Assembly (NCBI GenBank): GCA_034670305.1
Contig: JAXMNT010000027.1
Coordinates: 1 to 64,000, forward strand
Direction: 5' to 3'
DNA length: 64,000 nt
DNA from: Deltaproteobacteria bacterium
Lineage (GTDB): Bacteria; Myxococcota_A; Polyangia; Polyangiales; Houyiibacteriaceae
Made by a program: the position numbers and the translations under genes. The stretch's first letter is position 1, and each line of letters starts with the position of its first letter. Of the stretch, positions 60,301 to 64,000 are shown piece by piece. The notes below the pieces were generated by a model. It was not told the DNA's origin, made no database searches, and saw only the letters and a program-made list of their open reading frames with translations.

Positions 60301-62397
60301 GTGCGCAGGAACCTCTACCTCCACTACTTCGGTGACCGCGGCCGGCTGCACATCTCGGAGTCGCAGCTTCGCGAACTGATCGCAGAGGAGAGTGGGCCCG
60401 CTCGACGCCTCGACGAAGCAGGCGACGGGTTCTCGCTCAGCTTCGACGACGCGCACGCGTCCTTGAACGAAGTCGCGCCGCTGCTGCGCGCGCTCGAGGT
60501 CCCCGCGACCGTGTTCGTGCCGACCGCCTACGTCGGCAGCAGCGAACACTTTCTGACGTGGGACGACCTGCGCGCGCTTCGCGACCAGGGCTGGACCATC
60601 GGAAGCCACTCGGTCAGCCACGCGCTGATGTCATGGCACCACGCGCATGAATCCTCGGCCGAGTATGCGGCGCGACTCGACGAGGAGTGCGGCCGCTCCC
60701 GAGAGACGCTTCAGCGCGAACTCGGCATCGCCGCGGATCTGTTCGCGTACCCCTACGGCGATGCCTGCGACGCCGCGCGCGCAGCGGTGGAGCGGGCGGG
60801 CTACCGAGCGGCGTACACGGTCGCGTCTTCGATGGACTGGGACGGCGATCCACTCCGCACCCCGCGGCTGGATGCGTTGCCGGCGCCGCCGGTGAAGACC
60901 ACCGAGCCGGTCGGGTTCACGGTCGTGGTGCCCGCCTACGAACGCGCCGAGATCCTGGCCGAGGTGGTCACCCGCCTGGCCTCTCAGAGCTATCCGGATA
61001 CCCACTACGAAGTGCTGGTCGTCGACGATGGGTCGTCGACCGACCTGCGTCCGATATTCGAGGAGATGCCCGCCAACGTCACGCTGCTGCGGGGCGATGC
61101 CGACGCGTCGTTTCGCGCTGGGCAAGCGAGGCAGTTCGGAGCGGACCGGGCGCGCTTCGAGTACCTGGCGTTTCTCGACGCCGACGTCGCCGTTGGCGAA
61201 GACTACCTGTGGCATCTGGATTGGGTGCACCGCCAAGCCGGCGAAGCGGTCGTGCTCGGCTACCTCAGCGGATACAACCTGCACGATCTCGAGCCGCTGA
61301 CCGGCCGCACCGACAGCCACACCCTCGACAACGTCGCGCCGCTCGGCGCTCCGACGGACGCCCAGCGCGTGATCCTCGACCGCCAACGGGAGCCGCCGCT
61401 GCGCCGGTGCCTCGACAACCTGGACTGGCTTCAGGACCCATGGCGTCTCTGTTACACCGGCAACCTCTCGGTGCCCAAAGCGCTCCTGGAACGCATCGGC
61501 GGCTTCGCCGAGGTGTTTCGCGGCTGGGGCCTCGAGGACGTCGACCTCGGCATTCGACTGCACGCGGCGCTCGAGGCCTCCCCCGCGAGCGGAGGGGGTC
61601 GCTGGGTGATGAGCCGGTGGGCGATGGGGTGGCATCTGGTCGATCCCGAAGAAGAAGTCCGCAACCCGTTTCGCAAGCCAAAGCCCGTGCGCGCGGACTT
61701 CGAGCGGTACCTCACCAACCTCGAACTCCTTCGCACCCGCCACCAGGACGACCCCACCGTGCAAGCGTTCGCCTCCGGTTCCCGGGCCGACGTCGAAGAG
61801 ACCTGCTCGCGTCCAAAGACGGTCGGTATCGAGTGCGGCGGCCAGGCCCGCTTTCGATCGACCGTGCACCGAACGATGCATCGGGTTCAGCCGGGCGGCA
61901 TGCCCACGAACGAACTGCTCGACCGGGTCGCGTACGGGAAGAAGGTCGGCGCCGAGTACGTGTACTTGCTCGGCGGTGAACCGGCGGAACGCGACGACTT
62001 GGCCTCCGTGCTCGAGGCCGCCTCGTTCGCGGACTGGATCTCGATGCAGTCCTCTGGCCACGCGCTGGCGGACCCGGCCTGCGTGGCCCGCTTGTCCGCA
62101 GCCGGCCTGCGCGGGGTGACGCTCTTGCTCTACACCCTCGACGAGACCATTCACGAGACCGTCTTCGGTGAAGCGGGCGCGGGTCTTCTGCGCACCGCGC
62201 TCGACGCGCTCGCCAGTTCCTCCCTCGAGGTGGACGCGCGCCTCGTGGTGATGCCCGACACCGTCGAGGGACTCGAAGCACTCGCCGCGGAGCTCGCGCG
62301 CCGCGGCATCGATGTGGGCGAAGTCTGCACGACCGACCCCGCGCTCGACGCCCGGGTGCGCGCGCTCGGATTCGACCCGATCCCTGCTGCCCCCTAG
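60301..62397 (+). CDS. Polysaccharide deacetylase (CE4/NodB) + GT2 glycosyltransferase + degenerate radical-SAM-like domain
   Basis: SFDD, HSVSH, FAYPYG; VVVPAY, VVDDGS, FLDAD, GWGLED; LLGGEP...QSSG...LSAAGL without CxxxCxxC. Confidence 0.85.
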   Translation: MRRNLYLHYFGDRGRLHISESQLRELIAEESGPARRLDEAGDGFSLSFDDAHASLNEVAPLLRALEVPATVFVPTAYVGSSEHFLTWDDLRALRDQGWTIGSHSVSHALMSWHHAHESSAEYAARLDEECGRSRETLQRELGIAADLFAYPYGDACDAARAAVERAGYRAAYTVASSMDWDGDPLRTPRLDALPAPPVKTTEPVGFTVVVPAYERAEILAEVVTRLASQSYPDTHYEVLVVDDGSSTDLRPIFEEMPANVTLLRGDADASFRAGQARQFGADRARFEYLAFLDADVAVGEDYLWHLDWVHRQAGEAVVLGYLSGYNLHDLEPLTGRTDSHTLDNVAPLGAPTDAQRVILDRQREPPLRRCLDNLDWLQDPWRLCYTGNLSVPKALLERIGGFAEVFRGWGLEDVDLGIRLHAALEASPASGGGRWVMSRWAMGWHLVDPEEEVRNPFRKPKPVRADFERYLTNLELLRTRHQDDPTVQAFASGSRADVEETCSRPKTVGIECGGQARFRSTVHRTMHRVQPGGMPTNELLDRVAYGKKVGAEYVYLLGGEPAERDDLASVLEAASFADWISMQSSGHALADPACVARLSAAGLRGVTLLLYTLDETIHETVFGEAGAGLLRTALDALASSSLEVDARLVVMPDTVEGLEALAAELARRGIDVGEVCTTDPALDARVRALGFDPIPAAP

Positions 62398-62455
62398 GTT
62401 GCGCCCCCTTGCCGTTGCCCTCGACCGTGCCCGCGGGATCATCAACACTGCCCAC

Positions 62456-63076
62456 ATGAACCGCTCCCTCTTGACGTGTTTGGTGTGTGTCTGTCTGGCC
62501 GGCTGCAGCGAATCGGTGGGCTTGGATGCTTCGGTCGATGGCGGCGGACGGGACGCGCCCGCGGTCGATGCGCCGATTGGACGCGACGCCCCGACGGAGG
62601 ACGCCCCCCGCTTCGTGGACACCGCGGTGGCGATCGACGCTGGGACCGACAGCGGCGGAGACGTGGGCGAAGTGGATGCGATCTGCGCGGACGTGGAGCG
62701 GATCAACGAGTGCACCGGCGAACCGTTCGACTTGCGTGAGTGTCGTGAACAAGTCGAGTGTTTGTGGACGGCGATTCGGCGCGACGTGCTGGACGACATC
62801 GCGGCGTGTCAGGTGGAGGTCGCGTGCGCAGGCGGCGCCGACGACGCGTGTTTCGACGAGCGCCTCGGCTACGAACCGACCCGAGCCGCCCGCATGGCCC
62901 GCACCGCGTGCCAAGAGGTCGCCAGCCGCTGCGGCTTCGGTGCCGAGAGCTGCGAGCTCACGTTCTTCGACGACGACATGCAGGCCCAGTTCCAGTCCTG
63001 CTCCGGAGACTGCGACCGCTACTTCGGCTGCCTGGAAACGGCGATCAACGGAACCCTCGGCGGCTGCGAACCGTAA
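62456..63076 (+). CDS. Cys-rich lipoprotein with DAG linker
   Basis: CLAGC lipobox; many paired Cys. Confidence 0.75.
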   Translation: MNRSLLTCLVCVCLAGCSESVGLDASVDGGGRDAPAVDAPIGRDAPTEDAPRFVDTAVAIDAGTDSGGDVGEVDAICADVERINECTGEPFDLRECREQVECLWTAIRRDVLDDIAACQVEVACAGGADDACFDERLGYEPTRAARMARTACQEVASRCGFGAESCELTFFDDDMQAQFQSCSGDCDRYFGCLETAINGTLGGCEP

Positions 63077-63098
63077 CCACGTCTTCGTGGTTCGTGGC

Positions 63099-63133
63099 GG
63101 CCGCCAGTCTCGCGAAGCGAGCCAGGCCCGTAG
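63099..63133 (-). repeat. Repeat family B, isolated 35-bp core
   Basis: Exact reverse complement of 19161-19195. Confidence 0.9.
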
Positions 63134-63140
63134 CGGCAAG

Positions 63141-63869
63141 TCAAAACGACATGTGCATCTGGAGGCCGCCCACGTCGCGGCTCACCATCGGCGCGACCTG
63201 CAGCGTCGCGATGCCGTTGGCGCGGTACCACGCGCGGCGCTTGCGCAGACGCATCGGCAGCGCGAGTGACATGGAGAGGACGCTCAGGATGCCGCCCATG
63301 GTCATGAACGTCATGCCCGCGATCTCCTGACCGGAGAAGTCGCTCGACCCGAAGGAGTCGTAGCCCGTGATGAAGAGGGGGACGCCGAGCCCAATCGTCA
63401 GCGTGACGCCCGCCATCAAGAGGTAGAAGGGCATGCCCATCCTCGGCCGCCCCACCATCGACGGAGGTTCTCGCCGTGGAGGAGGTTCTCCTTGGGTGTA
63501 GGGCCGGTAACCGTAGGCCTGCACCATCGGACCCTGGGGTGGACCCATCGGGGGTGGCGGCACGAGATCGGCGGAGCGCTCCGGCGCCACGTCAGGCCCC
63601 CGCTCGGCCAGCGTCTCTTCCGTCGAAGACGGGGTCACTTCCGCGACGCCGATCTCGACCCGCGCGATCTCCGCCTGCGCGATCGTGATCTCCTGCTCCG
63701 TCGCCAAGCGCAGCACGATTTGCACGCCCGGTTCATACGAGACGAGTTCGCCCGCGATCGCGCTGCCGTCGCGCAAGTGCACGACGCCGCGATCGGCCAG
63801 TGCCGACTCGTTGAACCCGACAATGCACAACAAGACCAAGAGTCCAAAGGAGAGCTGATGATGGCGCAC
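63141..63869 (-). CDS. Secreted/membrane hypothetical protein
   Basis: Signal peptide; VHLRDGSAIAGEL domain; Pro-rich linker; two TM helices; terminal beta-strand ending in F. Confidence 0.7.
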   Translation of the reverse strand: MRHHQLSFGLLVLLCIVGFNESALADRGVVHLRDGSAIAGELVSYEPGVQIVLRLATEQEITIAQAEIARVEIGVAEVTPSSTEETLAERGPDVAPERSADLVPPPPMGPPQGPMVQAYGYRPYTQGEPPPRREPPSMVGRPRMGMPFYLLMAGVTLTIGLGVPLFITGYDSFGSSDFSGQEIAGMTFMTMGGILSVLSMSLALPMRLRKRRAWYRANGIATLQVAPMVSRDVGGLQMHMSF

Positions 63870-64000
63870 GCCTGAACTCTACCCGAACCACGCCCGCTTC
63901 GCCGTCTGCTCAGAACGTGCAGACCCGCGTGCCGTCCCGGAGCTCGGAGCACGTGGAATCCGCGGGGCAGGCGAGTCGGTCGCACTGTTGCAAACACATG

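Overview
High-GC, gene-dense bacterial chromosomal window. A MYXO-CTERM-type C-terminus, many DAG-linker lipoproteins, a eukaryotic-like Ser/Thr kinase with a TPR partner and an FHA-GAF-sigma54 activator point to Myxococcota, probably Polyangiales/Sandaracinaceae-like (inference). Recognisable genes: dnaJ, rmlBACD, lolC/E-like permease, Slt, tamB plus an Omp85 gene, rimK, aspS, SUI1/YciH, ABC1/UbiB kinase, WecG/TagA glycosyltransferase, and ArsR plus a VAT-1-like reductase, among many uncharacterised lipoproteins. I found no rRNA, tRNA, CRISPR array, intact transposase, phage or defence operon. The most unusual signals are mostly non-coding. (1) Seven (CCCTTG/CCCGTG)n hexamer tracts always lie on the sense strand just 3' of a stop codon, usually behind a hairpin. 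(2) A ~156-bp IS5/IS1182-like end is repeated in inverted orientation around the first 7.7 kb, and the right copy is part of a mosaic with transposase and four-helix-bundle gene remnants. (3) A modular family of structured intergenic repeats has a 35-bp GCGAAGC-hairpin core. (4) A duplicated AT-rich palindrome suggests a main plus auxiliary operator. Among proteins, the highlights are a CE4 deacetylase-GT2-cysteine-less radical-SAM-fold fusion, a secreted 6x16-aa CxxxC repeat protein, an orphan FliJ/SctO-like gene beside Slt, and a TDP2-like EEP enzyme. All calls come from motif recognition by eye; start codons are best estimates.
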